DNA from: Pararobbsia alpina
GTDB lineage: Bacteria > Pseudomonadota > Gammaproteobacteria > Burkholderiales > Burkholderiaceae
DNA: 64,000 nt
Direction: 5' to 3'
Assembly (NCBI RefSeq): GCF_965118125.1
Contig: NZ_OZ221287.1
Span: forward strand, 423,238 to 487,237
The notes under the pieces are model-generated. The model had not been told where the DNA came from and did no database searches. It worked only from the letters and a program-made list of their open reading frames with translations. The position numbers and the translations under genes are program-made. Of this stretch, positions 18,185 to 29,258 are shown piece by piece (within the stretch, counting starts at the first letter, position 1; each line of letters opens with the position of its first letter).

Positions 18185-19045
18185 TCAGAGGTCGTAGCGG
18201 CCGGTTCGCGCCATTTCCATCAGCCGCGAGATACGTTCTTCCGTGCTCGGGTGCGTCGAGAAGAGATTGGCCACGCCGCCGCCGGACAACGGATTCATGA
18301 TCATCATCTGCGCCGTCGCCGGGTGCTCCTCGGCCGTCGGGAACGGAGTTCCGGTCGCATAGCGGTGAATCTTGTCGAGCGCCGAGGCGAGTGCCTGCGG
18401 ATCGCCCGAAATCTCTGCGCCGCCGCGGTCCGCTTCGAATTCCCGCGCACGCGAGATCGCCATCTGGATCAGGCCAGCCGCGACAGGCGCCAGGATCATC
18501 ACTGCGATCCCGGCGATCGGATTGGCCGCGCGACCTTCCGAATCGCGTCCGCCGAACAGGAAGGCCAGGTTCGCAAGGGCCGAAATGGCACCGGCCATCG
18601 TCGCGGAGACCGTCGAAATCAGGATGTCGCGGTGCTTCACGTGAGCGAGTTCGTGCGCCATGACGCCGCGCATTTCGCGTTCGGACAGCGCCCGCAGGAT
18701 CCCCGTTGTTGCGGCGACCGCCGCGTGTTCCGGGTTACGGCCCGTCGCAAATGCGTTCGGTGCGGCTTCATCGATCAGGTAGACCCGCGGCATCGGCAGA
18801 TTCGCACGCGTCGCGAGTTCGCGGATCATCCGGTAGAACTGCGGCGCACTGGTTTCGTCGACTTCGCGCGCGTTGTACATCCGCAGCACCATCTGATCGG
18901 AAAACCAGTACGAAAAGAAATTCATCGCGAGGGCGAGGAACAGCGCGATCGCCATGCCTCGGTGGCCGCCAATCACGCCACCGATCACGATGAAGAGTGC
19001 AGTGATCGCCGCCATGAGCATGGCGGTCTTGACCCAGTTGAACAT
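18185..19045 (-). CDS. htpX: Heat-shock membrane zinc protease HtpX
   Basis: Start trimmed to the [10 protein letters not shown]... ATG at 19045. HEXXH motif [10 protein letters not shown] and two N-terminal TM helices. The longer ORF-track version only adds a translation of the upstream SSR. Confidence 0.85.
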   Translation of the reverse strand: MFNWVKTAMLMAAITALFIVIGGVIGGHRGMAIALFLALAMNFFSYWFSDQMVLRMYNAREVDETSAPQFYRMIRELATRANLPMPRVYLIDEAAPNAFATGRNPEHAAVAATTGILRALSEREMRGVMAHELAHVKHRDILISTVSATMAGAISALANLAFLFGGRDSEGRAANPIAGIAVMILAPVAAGLIQMAISRAREFEADRGGAEISGDPQALASALDKIHRYATGTPFPTAEEHPATAQMMIMNPLSGGGVANLFSTHPSTEERISRLMEMARTGRYDL

Positions 19046-19176
19046 TCGGTTTGCCTCGCGGGAACGCCGTGTTGTAAGGAAATTGTTAGATTGGGGTGGC
19101 GAGAAGAAATTCAAGACCGCGGCCTCTGCCCGCGCACGGATGTCGCGCGACACTGGGGCCGGAGCCGGGAGCTGCG

Positions 19177-19268
<92 letters not shown>

Positions 19269-19357
19269 CGGGCCCCAGAGCGAGAGTCCGGCCCGGGGCC
19301 GGGACCTCGCTGGGCCTTTGCTACTGCTACGGCCAAGGCCGCCCCGCAGTCATTCCA

Positions 19358-20134
19358 TCAGCGGTGCAGCGAAGCGAGTCGCACGCCGAGCCCGATAAAC
19401 GCGGTGCCGACGACGCGGTCGATCCACTGGCGCACCACGGGCCGGCCGCGCATTCTCTCGGTCACCGATCCGGCGATCCACGCCACGCCGCAATTCCAGA
19501 CGGTGCTCATCACGACAAACACGGCCCCGAGCACGAGGAAAGCGAGCGTCTTGTGCGCGCTGCCCGTGCTGACGAACTGGGGAAAGAACGAAACGAAGAA
19601 CAGGATGACCTTCGGATTGAGCACGTTCGTCCAGAAACCGGAGACCAGCACCGATCGCAAGGACTTCGGGGGCTTGACCGCAGCACCACCCGATGTCGAC
19701 GCCAGGACGTCGCCGACGCGGCGGCCCTGTGCGTCTGCCGCAGCGTCGTCGGCGCCGCCCGTCACGGTTGCTGCCGTGGCACCCATCGGCCCATCTGCAG
19801 CCTCGCTCGTTGCACGAGCCGTCGCTTCCTCGATCGCCGCGTCGGACTTACGGGCGAACAACATTCGCGCACCCAGATAAATCAGATAGATCGCGCCTGC
19901 GAACTTGATGACGGTGAACGCAGCGGCGGACGCGGCAAGGATGGCCGTCAGCCCGAATGCCACAGCGAGCGAATGCACGATGCAGCCCATCGATATCCCG
20001 AGCGCCGAGACGATGCCGGCCTTGCGACCCTGGCTCACGCTACGTCCGACGATAAAGGCTGTATCCGGGCCCGGCGTGACGTTCAGCAGCAGGACGGCGA
20101 TAACGAAAAAGGGGAACGATGAGATGCCCAGCAT
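19358..20134 (-). CDS. LysE/RhtB-family amino-acid exporter with an internal Ala/Gly-rich loop
   Basis: Start trimmed to [27 protein letters not shown] with GGAG 8 nt upstream. Six-TM LysE-type profile and PKSLR/NPK motifs. Confidence 0.7.
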   Translation of the reverse strand: MLGISSFPFFVIAVLLLNVTPGPDTAFIVGRSVSQGRKAGIVSALGISMGCIVHSLAVAFGLTAILAASAAAFTVIKFAGAIYLIYLGARMLFARKSDAAIEEATARATSEAADGPMGATAATVTGGADDAAADAQGRRVGDVLASTSGGAAVKPPKSLRSVLVSGFWTNVLNPKVILFFVSFFPQFVSTGSAHKTLAFLVLGAVFVVMSTVWNCGVAWIAGSVTERMRGRPVVRQWIDRVVGTAFIGLGVRLASLHR

Positions 20135-20412
20135 GGTGCGACTCCGCACGTGGCATCGCAGACCATCCGCGATGCCAGACGTGTCTATTGTAGAGCGCAC
20201 CCGCTGCGAATCGCGATATGGCCGAATGGGCGGTTGGTGGAGTGTTGCGCGCCGCTGCGAGTCATCGCCTCGCATTTGATCGGCGCGGCGGTCATCGACA
20301 GGTGTCCGAAGCGGCCGCCGGGTGCCGGAAGCGGCGTTGAAGCCTCGGGCACGGCGTCGTAGCATTCAACACCGCGCGTGGATGTTGATGTTGAAGTGAG
20401 TGAACGCTTTCG

Positions 20413-21402
20413 TCAGGATTCGCTGCTGGACAGCGTCTGTCCCGCGCGCAGCTCGACACCCGCGAGGAATTCACGTGCCGGCAGCCGCTTGCCGCCAGGC
20501 TTCTGGAGCTCAGTCACGCGAATCGCACCATCGCCGCACGCGACGACCACACCCTGCGCGCCGGCCGACACGATCGTGCCCGGCGCGACGGCGAATTCGT
20601 CGGTCGGCGCATCCGTCGTCTGCGCGGACCACAGCTTGAGCGGCGTTCCGTTCCACTGGGCGACAGCGCCGGGAAACGGGTCGAACGCGCGAATCTGGCG
20701 CGCGAGCACGTCGGCCGATTGCGACCAGTCGAGCGCGGCCTCTTCCTTCGCGATTTTCTGCGCGTACGTTGCGCCTTCGGCCGGTTGAGGCGTTGCATCG
20801 AGCTTGCCGCTTCGCTCGAGTTCGACAAGTGCTTCGACGATCAGCTTCGCGCCGAGCGCCGCGAGCGTGTCGTGCATCGTCGTGTAGGTATCGGTCGCAC
20901 CGATCGGCACGGCCGATTCGCTGATCATCGGACCGGTATCGAGACCGGCGTCCATCTTCATGATCGTGATGCCGGTTCGCGCGTCGCCGGCCTGGATGGC
21001 GCGGTGGATCGGCGCGGCGCCGCGCCAGCGCGGCAACAGCGAACCGTGAATATTCAGGCAGCCATGCGGCGGAATGTCGAGGACTTCCTGCGGCAGCAGC
21101 AGGCCGTAGGCGGCCACGACCATGACGTCGTGCGGCGTCGCGTTGAGTTGATCGAGCGCGGCGGCTGCCTCAGCAGGATATTTGCCTTCCCGGCGCAACG
21201 ACGGCGGCTGCGCCACCGCGATGCCGTGCTCGAGCGCCGTACGCTTGACGGCGCTCGCTGCGAGCTTCATGCCGCGGCCGGCCGGACGATCGGGTTGCGT
21301 GAGCACGAGCGGCACCGGGAAACCTGCCGCAACGATGGCTTCGAGCGCGGTCGCCGCGAATTCGGGCGTTCCGGCAAAGATGACCCGCAGCGAATGGGTC
21401 AT
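20413..21402 (-). CDS. fmt: Methionyl-tRNA formyltransferase
   Basis: [16 protein letters not shown]... formyltransferase N-domain with the SLLP motif. Overlaps the def stop. Confidence 0.9.
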   Translation of the reverse strand: MTHSLRVIFAGTPEFAATALEAIVAAGFPVPLVLTQPDRPAGRGMKLAASAVKRTALEHGIAVAQPPSLRREGKYPAEAAAALDQLNATPHDVMVVAAYGLLLPQEVLDIPPHGCLNIHGSLLPRWRGAAPIHRAIQAGDARTGITIMKMDAGLDTGPMISESAVPIGATDTYTTMHDTLAALGAKLIVEALVELERSGKLDATPQPAEGATYAQKIAKEEAALDWSQSADVLARQIRAFDPFPGAVAQWNGTPLKLWSAQTTDAPTDEFAVAPGTIVSAGAQGVVVACGDGAIRVTELQKPGGKRLPAREFLAGVELRAGQTLSSSES

Positions 21403-21905
21403 CAGGCTGCGGCAGTCTGCTTGCGAAGCTTGGTCTTGATGCGCGTCTGCTTGAGCGGCGACAGGTATTCGACGAACACGCGGCCCATCAGGTGATCCAT
21501 TTCATGCTGGATGCAGACCGCGAGCAGGCCTTCCGCGTCGATCTCAAACGTTTCGCCCTTTTCGTTGAGGGCACGCACCTTCACGTGATCGGGGCGCTCA
21601 ACCTTGTCGTAAATGCCAGGCACCGACAGGCAGCCTTCTTCGCACAGTTGCTTTTCGTCGCTCGACCAGATGACTTCAGGGTTGATGAACACCTTGAGCT
21701 GGTCTTTCGACTCGGAGATGTCGATGACGATCACGCGCTCGTGCACGTCGACCTGTGTCGCGGCGAGGCCGATGCCCGGTGCGTCGTACATCGTTTCGGC
21801 CATGTCGCTGACGAGCCTGCGGATGCGGTCATCCACTTGAGCGACAGGCTTGGCGACCTTGTGCAGACGCTTGTCCGGGTACTGAAGAATGTTGAGCAAT
21901 GCCAT
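21402..21905 (-). CDS. def: Peptide deformylase
   Basis: Start trimmed to [14 protein letters not shown]. Motifs GCLSVPG, EGCLS and HEMDHL are present. Confidence 0.9.
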   Translation of the reverse strand: MALLNILQYPDKRLHKVAKPVAQVDDRIRRLVSDMAETMYDAPGIGLAATQVDVHERVIVIDISESKDQLKVFINPEVIWSSDEKQLCEEGCLSVPGIYDKVERPDHVKVRALNEKGETFEIDAEGLLAVCIQHEMDHLMGRVFVEYLSPLKQTRIKTKLRKQTAAA

Positions 21906-22230
21906 ATCGAAATCCGTGCGAAATGCGTGGTCCGCTGCGCCGTGCTCGGAAAAACCGCCCGGGTTGCCGCGCGACTGGCCATTCGGCTGAGTGTCGCGCC
22001 CAATCGGCGCCCAGCAGAATATGAGGACGGAATTCCCCGGATTCAATGCAAATGACCACGCGATCCCGGCAGGTTCAACGATTTACCGGGGGATCGGTGG
22101 CGGGTGCCAACAGCGAGATTGGTGAATAGCTGAAGTCTAGCACAGGGCCGACAGGCCCATCGGGCGGGCGTTTTGGGGCGATGGTGCGCTTTTTTGCATT
22201 GAAGTTCGGGCCAGACACAGGGAGCGAGGC

Positions 22231-23673
22231 ATGTCGTTGCAGCCGAAGGACCCGCCGGTGGCGGCGGGGAAGACGGAGAGCGAAGGGCCGGAGCAAGCGG
22301 GGGCCGCGGTGTTGCCCGTCGGCTGTGAGACCAGGGGAGATAGCGGCCAGGTGAGTGAGCCGTTGCCCGGTCCGAGGATGGAGCAGGAGAATCAGCAAGG
22401 AGTCGGGGCGGTCGAGGCAAAAGCGCGAGCGAGCGATCCCATGCGCGCCCAGCCACTCGCGCCGGACGAGCTAAGCGCGTGGCTGCGCCTCGTCGGAACG
22501 CCGCAGCTCGGCCCGATCCGAATCCGGCGTTTGCTCGAGCGATTCGGGCTTCCGGTCGATGTGCTGCGTGCAAAGCCGTCGCAGCTCGAGCGTGTTCTCG
22601 GTCAGACGCTCGCCGAAGAAGTGCTGGCGCCGTCCACGACGGCGTTCAGGCGTGAGGTCGAGCACGTTGCCCGTTGGCTCGAGGTGCCGCACCACCATCT
22701 TCTGGTGCTCGGAGACCCTGCGTATCCACCGGCGTTGCTCGAGTCGCCCGATCCGCCGCCGATGCTCTATGTGAGCGGGCGGCTGGAGCTGCTCCATCCT
22801 GGTGGCGAAGGGCAACCCGGGGTCGCCGTCGTAGGGAGTCGCAGCGCGACCCATGCAGGCAGGACGCAGGCCCAGCGTTTTGCGACCGCACTCGGCGATG
22901 CGGGGGTGCGCGTCGTGTCGGGGCTGGCGATGGGCATCGACGCGGTCGCACACTCGAGCGCGCTCGACACGGCGGGCGGCACGGTCGCCGTCGTCGGGAC
23001 GGGTGTGGATCGTGTCTATCCCCTGGAGAACCGCGAACTCGGCGAACGTATTGCGGTTGAAGGTGCGGTCGTGTCCGAGTGGCCACTCGGTACGCCGCCG
23101 CGTCCGGCGCATTTCCCGCGGCGAAACCGCGTGATCGCTGCGTTGTCGGCTGGCGTGCTCGTCGTCGAAGCGACGCCGCATTCCGGGTCGCTCATCACCG
23201 CCCAGCTGGCCATCGACTATGGGCGCGACGTCTATGCGATTCCGGGATCCATCGAGGCGCCGTGCAAGCGTGGATGCAATCGCCTGATCCGCGAAGGCGC
23301 GATGCTGGTCGAGTCGCCGAACGATCTGCTTGCGCTGTTGGGGCTTATCTGTCCGGAAGCTGAGGCGCGGTCCGTGCGTCAGCGGCACGCTTCAACGCTG
23401 GCGTCTGCCCCTGCAGCACAGGTCGCCGACTCGCAAACTCCCGCGCCGGGGCTGAGTGCGACGGCTGCCAACGGTTCGGTGCTCGGACAGGTTCCGGACC
23501 CGCAGGCCCTTGGCGTGCTCGCCGCGCTGGGACACGACCCGGCGCCGCTCGATGTCCTCGTTGCTCGGACCGGCCTGAGCGGAGCGCAAGTCCAGGCCGC
23601 GGTACTGGCGCTCGAACTCAATGGACAGGTCGAATGGCTGGCAGGAGGGCAGGTCGCGAGAATTGTGTCCTGA
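22231..23673 (+). CDS. dprA: DNA-processing protein DprA (Smf)
   Basis: Rossmann-like DprA core (VAVVGSRSAT...GLAMGIDAVAHSSAL...AIPGSI) plus a C-terminal winged-helix region. The start is uncertain and may be the internal ATG at 22441. Divergent from def-fmt as in many proteobacteria. Confidence 0.8.
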   Translation: MSLQPKDPPVAAGKTESEGPEQAGAAVLPVGCETRGDSGQVSEPLPGPRMEQENQQGVGAVEAKARASDPMRAQPLAPDELSAWLRLVGTPQLGPIRIRRLLERFGLPVDVLRAKPSQLERVLGQTLAEEVLAPSTTAFRREVEHVARWLEVPHHHLLVLGDPAYPPALLESPDPPPMLYVSGRLELLHPGGEGQPGVAVVGSRSATHAGRTQAQRFATALGDAGVRVVSGLAMGIDAVAHSSALDTAGGTVAVVGTGVDRVYPLENRELGERIAVEGAVVSEWPLGTPPRPAHFPRRNRVIAALSAGVLVVEATPHSGSLITAQLAIDYGRDVYAIPGSIEAPCKRGCNRLIREGAMLVESPNDLLALLGLICPEAEARSVRQRHASTLASAPAAQVADSQTPAPGLSATAANGSVLGQVPDPQALGVLAALGHDPAPLDVLVARTGLSGAQVQAAVLALELNGQVEWLAGGQVARIVS

Positions 23674-24092
23674 TTACATACGCACGAATCGGCGCAAGGC
23701 ATGACGCACGGGCATACGCAACGGCACTCGCTGGAGCACATGCACGGGCACATCCAACGGCACACGCAAGGCGAGGCACAAGGGCAAACGCACGCAAGAT
23801 TCCCCGGCTACCGCCGATAACCCTGATACCGGAGGGGGGCACGCCGCACTGCGCGTCGTGCTACATTGCCTCGATACGGCCACTGGCACGCCTGCACGGC
23901 GGTGCACTGCACTGCATCAACGTCGAGTCGCACCCGCTTTCGCACTCGCGCATGCGCAGATCGTCAGCGCGACACTCGCGCGCGGACGACATGCACCGAC
24001 AGATGTCGACACGCGACGCGCTTGATACGCGTCTGCACAGCGTTCGCATGAGGTGACAGACTGGCCGGCGGTGAATCAGGATTCTCGAACGT

Positions 24093-24470
24093 ATGGCCAT
24101 TCTCGATTTCGATACCGACGCGCATACCATTGCGTCGCGTTTGTCCGACCCGGCGACACTGCTCGTCGCTTGCCTCTGCGCCGAATGGTGCGGGACGTGT
24201 CGCGAGTACCGAGTGATGTTCGAGACGCTGGCGCAAGCGCACCCCGAAGCCTGCTTCGTCTGGATCGATGTCGAGACGCATGCCGAGATCGTCGACGACT
24301 TCGATGTCGAAAACTTCCCGACGATCCTCATCGAAGATGGCGCCAGCACGCGTTTCTTCGGAACGGTGCTGCCGCAGCCGCGCATCGTCGAGCGGATGCT
24401 CGAGGAATTCGCGAGAGAGGAAGGCTCACCCGGCGGCCTGAAGCTGCGCACGACACTCGCTGCGGCCTGA
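24093..24470 (+). CDS. Thioredoxin-like protein (WCGTC active site)
   Basis: 125 aa with a CxxC motif in thioredoxin-fold context. Confidence 0.55.
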   Translation: MAILDFDTDAHTIASRLSDPATLLVACLCAEWCGTCREYRVMFETLAQAHPEACFVWIDVETHAEIVDDFDVENFPTILIEDGASTRFFGTVLPQPRIVERMLEEFAREEGSPGGLKLRTTLAAA

Positions 24471-24997
24471 CGCGTCACGCTTTTTCGCTATCTCTATTAG
24501 AAAGAAAGCGAAAGACAGCGAAAGAACGAGAAAGACACCGCGCAGTGTTTCAAAAACCTTTCAGATTTTCGTGAAGCGCATTGCGATTCCGATCGCCGGT
24601 GCGCCGATTATGCAAAGTGTCGCCAATTCGCACGCGCATTAAACGACTGAACGAAAGGCCGATCCGCGCATACCTCCCACCGGAGGCGTCAGGGTTGCGA
24701 CACCGGCATCTGACGGGTTGCACATAACCGCTCCACGTTTGAACGAATCGACCGGAGAAGCCTGCCGGACGGGCCTTTGCTCGCGATCGTGCTTGCGTGC
24801 CCCTTCACCCCGCCCTAATATGTGCCGCCGCGCGCAAGCCGTATCCACGACCTTCGTCCGCCGCCGTTGGCGCATGGCTTGCTTGCGCGTTTCGTCAGCA
24901 TTGCGATCGATAGCGGGCATGGTCGTCAACGAGCTGTGTGCTATAAAGCGTTCGTCAAACCGTCCACCATACTTACAGGCCCTACCACTGAATCGTC

Positions 24998-27778
24998 ATG
25001 GGAAAAGCACTCATCATCGCCGAGAAGCCGTCGGTCGCGAACGACATCGCACGCGCGCTGGGCGGCTTTACCAAGCATGACGAGTATTTCGAGAGCGACG
25101 ACTACGTCATCTCGTCGGCTGTCGGCCATTTGCTCGAAATCGCCGCGCCCGAAGAATACGACGTCAAACGCGGTAAATGGAGTTTCGCGAATTTGCCGGT
25201 GATTCCGCCGCATTTCGATCTGAATCCGATCGCAAAGAGCGAATCACGGCTCAAGGTCCTGACGCGCCTGATCAAACGAAAGGACGTCGATGCCCTCATC
25301 AACGCATGTGACGCGGGGCGTGAAGGCGAGCTGATTTTCCGTCTGATCGTTCAGCACGCGAAGGCCAAGCAACCCGTGCAGCGCCTGTGGCTCCAGTCGA
25401 TGACGCCTCAGTCGATCCGCGAGGGCTTCGCGAGCCTGCGTTCCGACAACGACATGCTGCCGCTTGCCGATGCCGCCCGTTGCCGTTCCGAAGCCGACTG
25501 GCTGGTCGGTATCAACGGCACGCGTGCGATGACCGCGTTCAACAGCAAGGGCGGTGGCTTCTTCCTGACGACGGTCGGTCGCGTGCAAACGCCGACGTTG
25601 TCGATCGTCGTCGAACGGGAAGAGAAGATCCGCCGTTTCGTGGCGCGCGACTATTGGGAAGTGCGCGCGAATTTCGTCTGCGCGGCCGGCTTCTATGAAG
25701 CGCGCTGGTTCGATCCGAAATTCAAGCGCGACGAGTTCGACCCGGAAAAGCGCGATTCGCGGCTCTGGAGCCTTGCCGCAGCTGAGTCTGTCGTCGCGGC
25801 ATGCCGTGACAAGCAGGGCATTGTCACCGAAGAGTCCAAGCCGTCGACCCAGATGTCGCCGCTGCTGTTCGACTTGACGAGCCTGCAGCGCGAGGCCAAT
25901 GGCCGTTTCGGATTCTCGGCGAAGAACACATTGGGCCTTGCCCAGGCGCTGTACGAAAAGCACAAGGTGCTCACGTACCCGCGGACGGATTCGCGCGCGC
26001 TGCCCGAAGACTATCTCGACACCGTCAAGGGCACGCTCGAGATGCTCAAGGGCTCGAACAACTATCTGCCGTTCGCCAAGCAGGCGCTCGACAAGGGTTG
26101 GGTCAAGCCGAACAAGCGCATCTTCGACAACTCGAAGATCAGCGATCACTTCGCCATCATCCCGACGCTGCAGGAACCGAAGAATCTGTCCGAACCGGAA
26201 CAGAAGCTGTACGACCTGGTGGTCAAGCGCTTCCTGGCGGTGTTCTTCCCGGCGGCCGAGTTCCTCGTCACGACGCGGATCACGGAAGTCGTCGGTCATT
26301 TCTTCAAGACCGAGGGCAAGGTCCTCGTCAACCCGGGCTGGCTGCAGATTTACGGCCGCGACGCAGCGGGAGACGATGCGAACCTCGTGCCGGTGGCCAA
26401 GGACGAGAAGGTCCGCACCGAGTCGATTGCGGCGCATGGCCTCGTGACCAAGCCGCCTGCACGCTATAACGAAGCCACGCTGCTGTCGGCGATGGAAGGC
26501 GCGGGCAAGCTCGTCGAAGACGAAGAGCTGCGCGAGGCGATGGGCGCGAAGGGGCTGGGCACACCGGCAACGCGAGCGGCCATCATCGAAGGCCTGCTCG
26601 CCGAAAAGTACCTGCTGCGTGAAGGCCGCGAGCTGATTCCGACGGCCAAAGCATTTCAATTGATGACATTGCTGCGCGGCCTCGGGGTCGAGGAACTGAC
26701 CGCACCCGAGCTGACGGGCGAGTGGGAACACAAGCTCGCGCAGATGGAACGCGGCATGCTGCCTCGTGATGCGTTTATGCGCGAGATCGCGCAAATGACG
26801 CAGACCATCGTGAAACGCGCAAAGGAATACGACTCCGATACGATCCCCGGCGACTACGCGACGCTCGAGACGCCATGCCCGCACTGTGGCGGCCAGGTGA
26901 AGGAGAACTACCGGCGCTTCGCCTGCACGAAGTGCGAGTTCTCGATCACCAAGGTGCCTGCGGGTCGCCAGTTCGAGATCCCCGAAGTCGAGGAGCTGCT
27001 GACCAAGAAGGAAATCGGTCCGCTGTCGGGCTTCCGCAGCAAGATGGGTCGCCCGTTCTCGGCGATTCTCAAGTTGTCGTTCGACGACGAGATCAGCAAC
27101 TTCAAGCTTGAATTCGACTTTGGCCAGGATCAGGGCGGCGAAGACGGCGAAGCGCCGGATTTCTCGACCCAGGAGCCCGTTGGCCAATGTCCGAAGTGCG
27201 GCGGCCGGGTGTTCGAGCTCGGCATGAGCTACGTCTGCGAGAACTCGACGACCAGCCCGAAGAGCTGCGACTTCCGTTCGGGCAAGGTCATCCTGCAGCA
27301 GGAGATGACGCGCGAGCAGATGGCCAAGCTGCTGAACGAAGGACGCACGGATCTGCTGACGGGATTCAAGTCGTCGCGTACCGGCCGCAACTTCAAGGCA
27401 TTCCTCGTCAAGCAGAAGGATGGCTCGATCGGCTTCGAGTTCGAGAAGAAGGAGCCGAAGCCCGGCAAGGATGGCGCAGCGGTAAAAACGGCCGGTAAGG
27501 GCAAAGCCGCGAAGTCTTCGGGTGCCGATGAGAGCGATTCGGGCGACGTCGTGACGCAGGAGGCCGAGGGCAGCGCCGCCGCTCCGGCTCGCAAGACTGC
27601 GGCCAGCAAGACGGGAGCAAGCAAGACGGCCGCAAGCAAGTCTCCGGCGGGCAAGACCGCCGCAAAAACCGCGACGAAGACCACCGCCAAGGCGGCGACC
27701 AAGACGGCAGGCTCCAAAACGGCTGCCACGAAGGTTGCTGCGAAGAAGGCCACCGAGTCGGACGACGACCCGTTCTGA
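24998..27778 (+). CDS. topB: Type IA DNA topoisomerase (topoisomerase III-like) with C-terminal Zn-ribbons and a Lys/Ala/Thr-rich basic tail
   Basis: MGKALIIAEKPSVANDIARAL TOPRIM start, type IA core, CxxC...CxxC zinc ribbons, and a histone-H1-like KTAAKTATKTTAKAATK tail. Confidence 0.75.
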   Translation: MGKALIIAEKPSVANDIARALGGFTKHDEYFESDDYVISSAVGHLLEIAAPEEYDVKRGKWSFANLPVIPPHFDLNPIAKSESRLKVLTRLIKRKDVDALINACDAGREGELIFRLIVQHAKAKQPVQRLWLQSMTPQSIREGFASLRSDNDMLPLADAARCRSEADWLVGINGTRAMTAFNSKGGGFFLTTVGRVQTPTLSIVVEREEKIRRFVARDYWEVRANFVCAAGFYEARWFDPKFKRDEFDPEKRDSRLWSLAAAESVVAACRDKQGIVTEESKPSTQMSPLLFDLTSLQREANGRFGFSAKNTLGLAQALYEKHKVLTYPRTDSRALPEDYLDTVKGTLEMLKGSNNYLPFAKQALDKGWVKPNKRIFDNSKISDHFAIIPTLQEPKNLSEPEQKLYDLVVKRFLAVFFPAAEFLVTTRITEVVGHFFKTEGKVLVNPGWLQIYGRDAAGDDANLVPVAKDEKVRTESIAAHGLVTKPPARYNEATLLSAMEGAGKLVEDEELREAMGAKGLGTPATRAAIIEGLLAEKYLLREGRELIPTAKAFQLMTLLRGLGVEELTAPELTGEWEHKLAQMERGMLPRDAFMREIAQMTQTIVKRAKEYDSDTIPGDYATLETPCPHCGGQVKENYRRFACTKCEFSITKVPAGRQFEIPEVEELLTKKEIGPLSGFRSKMGRPFSAILKLSFDDEISNFKLEFDFGQDQGGEDGEAPDFSTQEPVGQCPKCGGRVFELGMSYVCENSTTSPKSCDFRSGKVILQQEMTREQMAKLLNEGRTDLLTGFKSSRTGRNFKAFLVKQKDGSIGFEFEKKEPKPGKDGAAVKTAGKGKAAKSSGADESDSGDVVTQEAEGSAAAPARKTAASKTGASKTAASKSPAGKTAAKTATKTTAKAATKTAGSKTAATKVAAKKATESDDDPF

Positions 27779-27794
27779 CGCGGTAACGGAAGGA

Positions 27795-27826
27795 CGCACG
27801 CGACGGCACATTCCCCGTCGCGTGCG
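27795..27826 (+). terminator. Perfect 11-bp stem hairpin downstream of topB (putative terminator or processing site)
   Basis: GCACGCGACGG-cacattcc-CCGTCGCGTGC, with no strong T-run after it. Confidence 0.3.
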
Positions 27827-28045
27827 ATGTCACTGTTGCACATCGACCTGTTTCGGCGCCTGCGCTTCGCTTGTGCGATGCCGCATGCCAGCTCCCCTTT
27901 CCTCCGCATTCCTGATCGATCTTCCGATCGAGAAACTTGCACCATCGCCTGACTAACTGTTACAACTACAGCGATGGCGCGCACGGACACGCGCGGGTTC
28001 TATCGTGTTCAATGTCGGGACCTGCCCGCCTCTCGAATCCAAGCG

Positions 28046-29071
28046 ATGATGAAAATAGCGATTCTCGACGACTATCAGGACGCGGTCCGCAAGCTCAGTT
28101 GCTTCTCGTTGCTGGCCGACCATGACGTCAAAGTGTTCAACAACACGGTCCGTGGCATCGGCCAGTTGTCGAGCCGCCTCGCCGAGACTGAAGCCCTGGT
28201 GCTGATTCGCGAGCGCACGCGCGTGACCGCGCAACTGCTCGACAAACTTCCCAAGCTTCGCGTGATTTCGCAGACCGGCCGCGTCGGAAGCGGGCACATC
28301 GATATCGAAGCCTGCACTGAGCGTGGCATCGTCGTGCTCGAAGGCAAGGGCTCACCGGTCGCACCCGCTGAACTGACGTGGGCGCTGATCATGGCCGCAC
28401 AGCGTCGCATTCCGCAATATGTCGCTAACCTCAAGCAGGGCGCATGGCAGCAATCGGGGCTGAAGACGTCATCGATGCCCGCGAATTTCGGTCTGGGTCA
28501 CGTGCTGCGTGGGCAGACGCTCGGCATCTGGGGATATGGAAAGATCGGCCAGCTTGTCGCGGGCTATGGGCGCGCATTCGGCATGAAGGTGCTGGTCTGG
28601 GGCCGCGAGCATTCGCTGGCTGCCGCGCGCAAGGACGGCTACGACGTAGCGGACAGTCGCGAGGGCCTGTTCCGTGAGGCCGACGTGCTGACCGTTCATC
28701 TGCGTCTTCACGACGACACGAAAGCGATCATCAGCCGTCACGATCTGCTTCAAATGAAGCCCACGGCGTTGTTCGTCAACACGAGCCGTGCCGAGTTGCT
28801 CGAGGAGAATGCGATCGTCAGCGCGCTGACTGAAGGTCGTCCCGGCATGGTGGCGGTCGACGTGTTCGAAAGCGAGCCGATCCTGCAGGGGCACAGCCTG
28901 CTGCGCATGGAGAACGCCGTGTGCACGCCGCATATCGGGTATGTCGAGCACGAAAGCTACGAGCTGTACTTCAGCCTCGCGTTCCAGAACATCCTCGACT
29001 ATCTCGACGGGAAAACCGACAGCGCGGTCAATCCCGATGCACTGAGCAAGCATCGCCGCACACGGACGTAG
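28046..29071 (+). CDS. D-isomer-specific 2-hydroxyacid dehydrogenase family protein
   Basis: NAD-binding GIWGYGKIGQ motif and catalytic R...E...H pattern (HIGYVE). Start trimmed to MMKIAILDD. Confidence 0.7.
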   Translation: MMKIAILDDYQDAVRKLSCFSLLADHDVKVFNNTVRGIGQLSSRLAETEALVLIRERTRVTAQLLDKLPKLRVISQTGRVGSGHIDIEACTERGIVVLEGKGSPVAPAELTWALIMAAQRRIPQYVANLKQGAWQQSGLKTSSMPANFGLGHVLRGQTLGIWGYGKIGQLVAGYGRAFGMKVLVWGREHSLAAARKDGYDVADSREGLFREADVLTVHLRLHDDTKAIISRHDLLQMKPTALFVNTSRAELLEENAIVSALTEGRPGMVAVDVFESEPILQGHSLLRMENAVCTPHIGYVEHESYELYFSLAFQNILDYLDGKTDSAVNPDALSKHRRTRT

Positions 29072-29258
29072 TGCCGGCGCGTGCTAAGCGTGTAAGCGTA
29101 GTGGGTACATATTGCCGATTGACGCGAATGAGGCGATGCGTGCGTCGCCGCAGATTGTGCAAGGCCGTGTGACTTCCCGCCGTTGCGATGTGCCGCATTG
29201 AAGACGCGGGACCTCGCTCAACGATACGACATCGCCGTGATACTCAGGCAATGATCCA

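Noticed and set aside
25244-27811. 855-aa minus-strand ORF
   Set aside because: Entirely antisense to the well-supported topB gene. It has an Arg/Leu/Ala-rich composition with no domain logic, a typical open antisense frame in 67% GC DNA.
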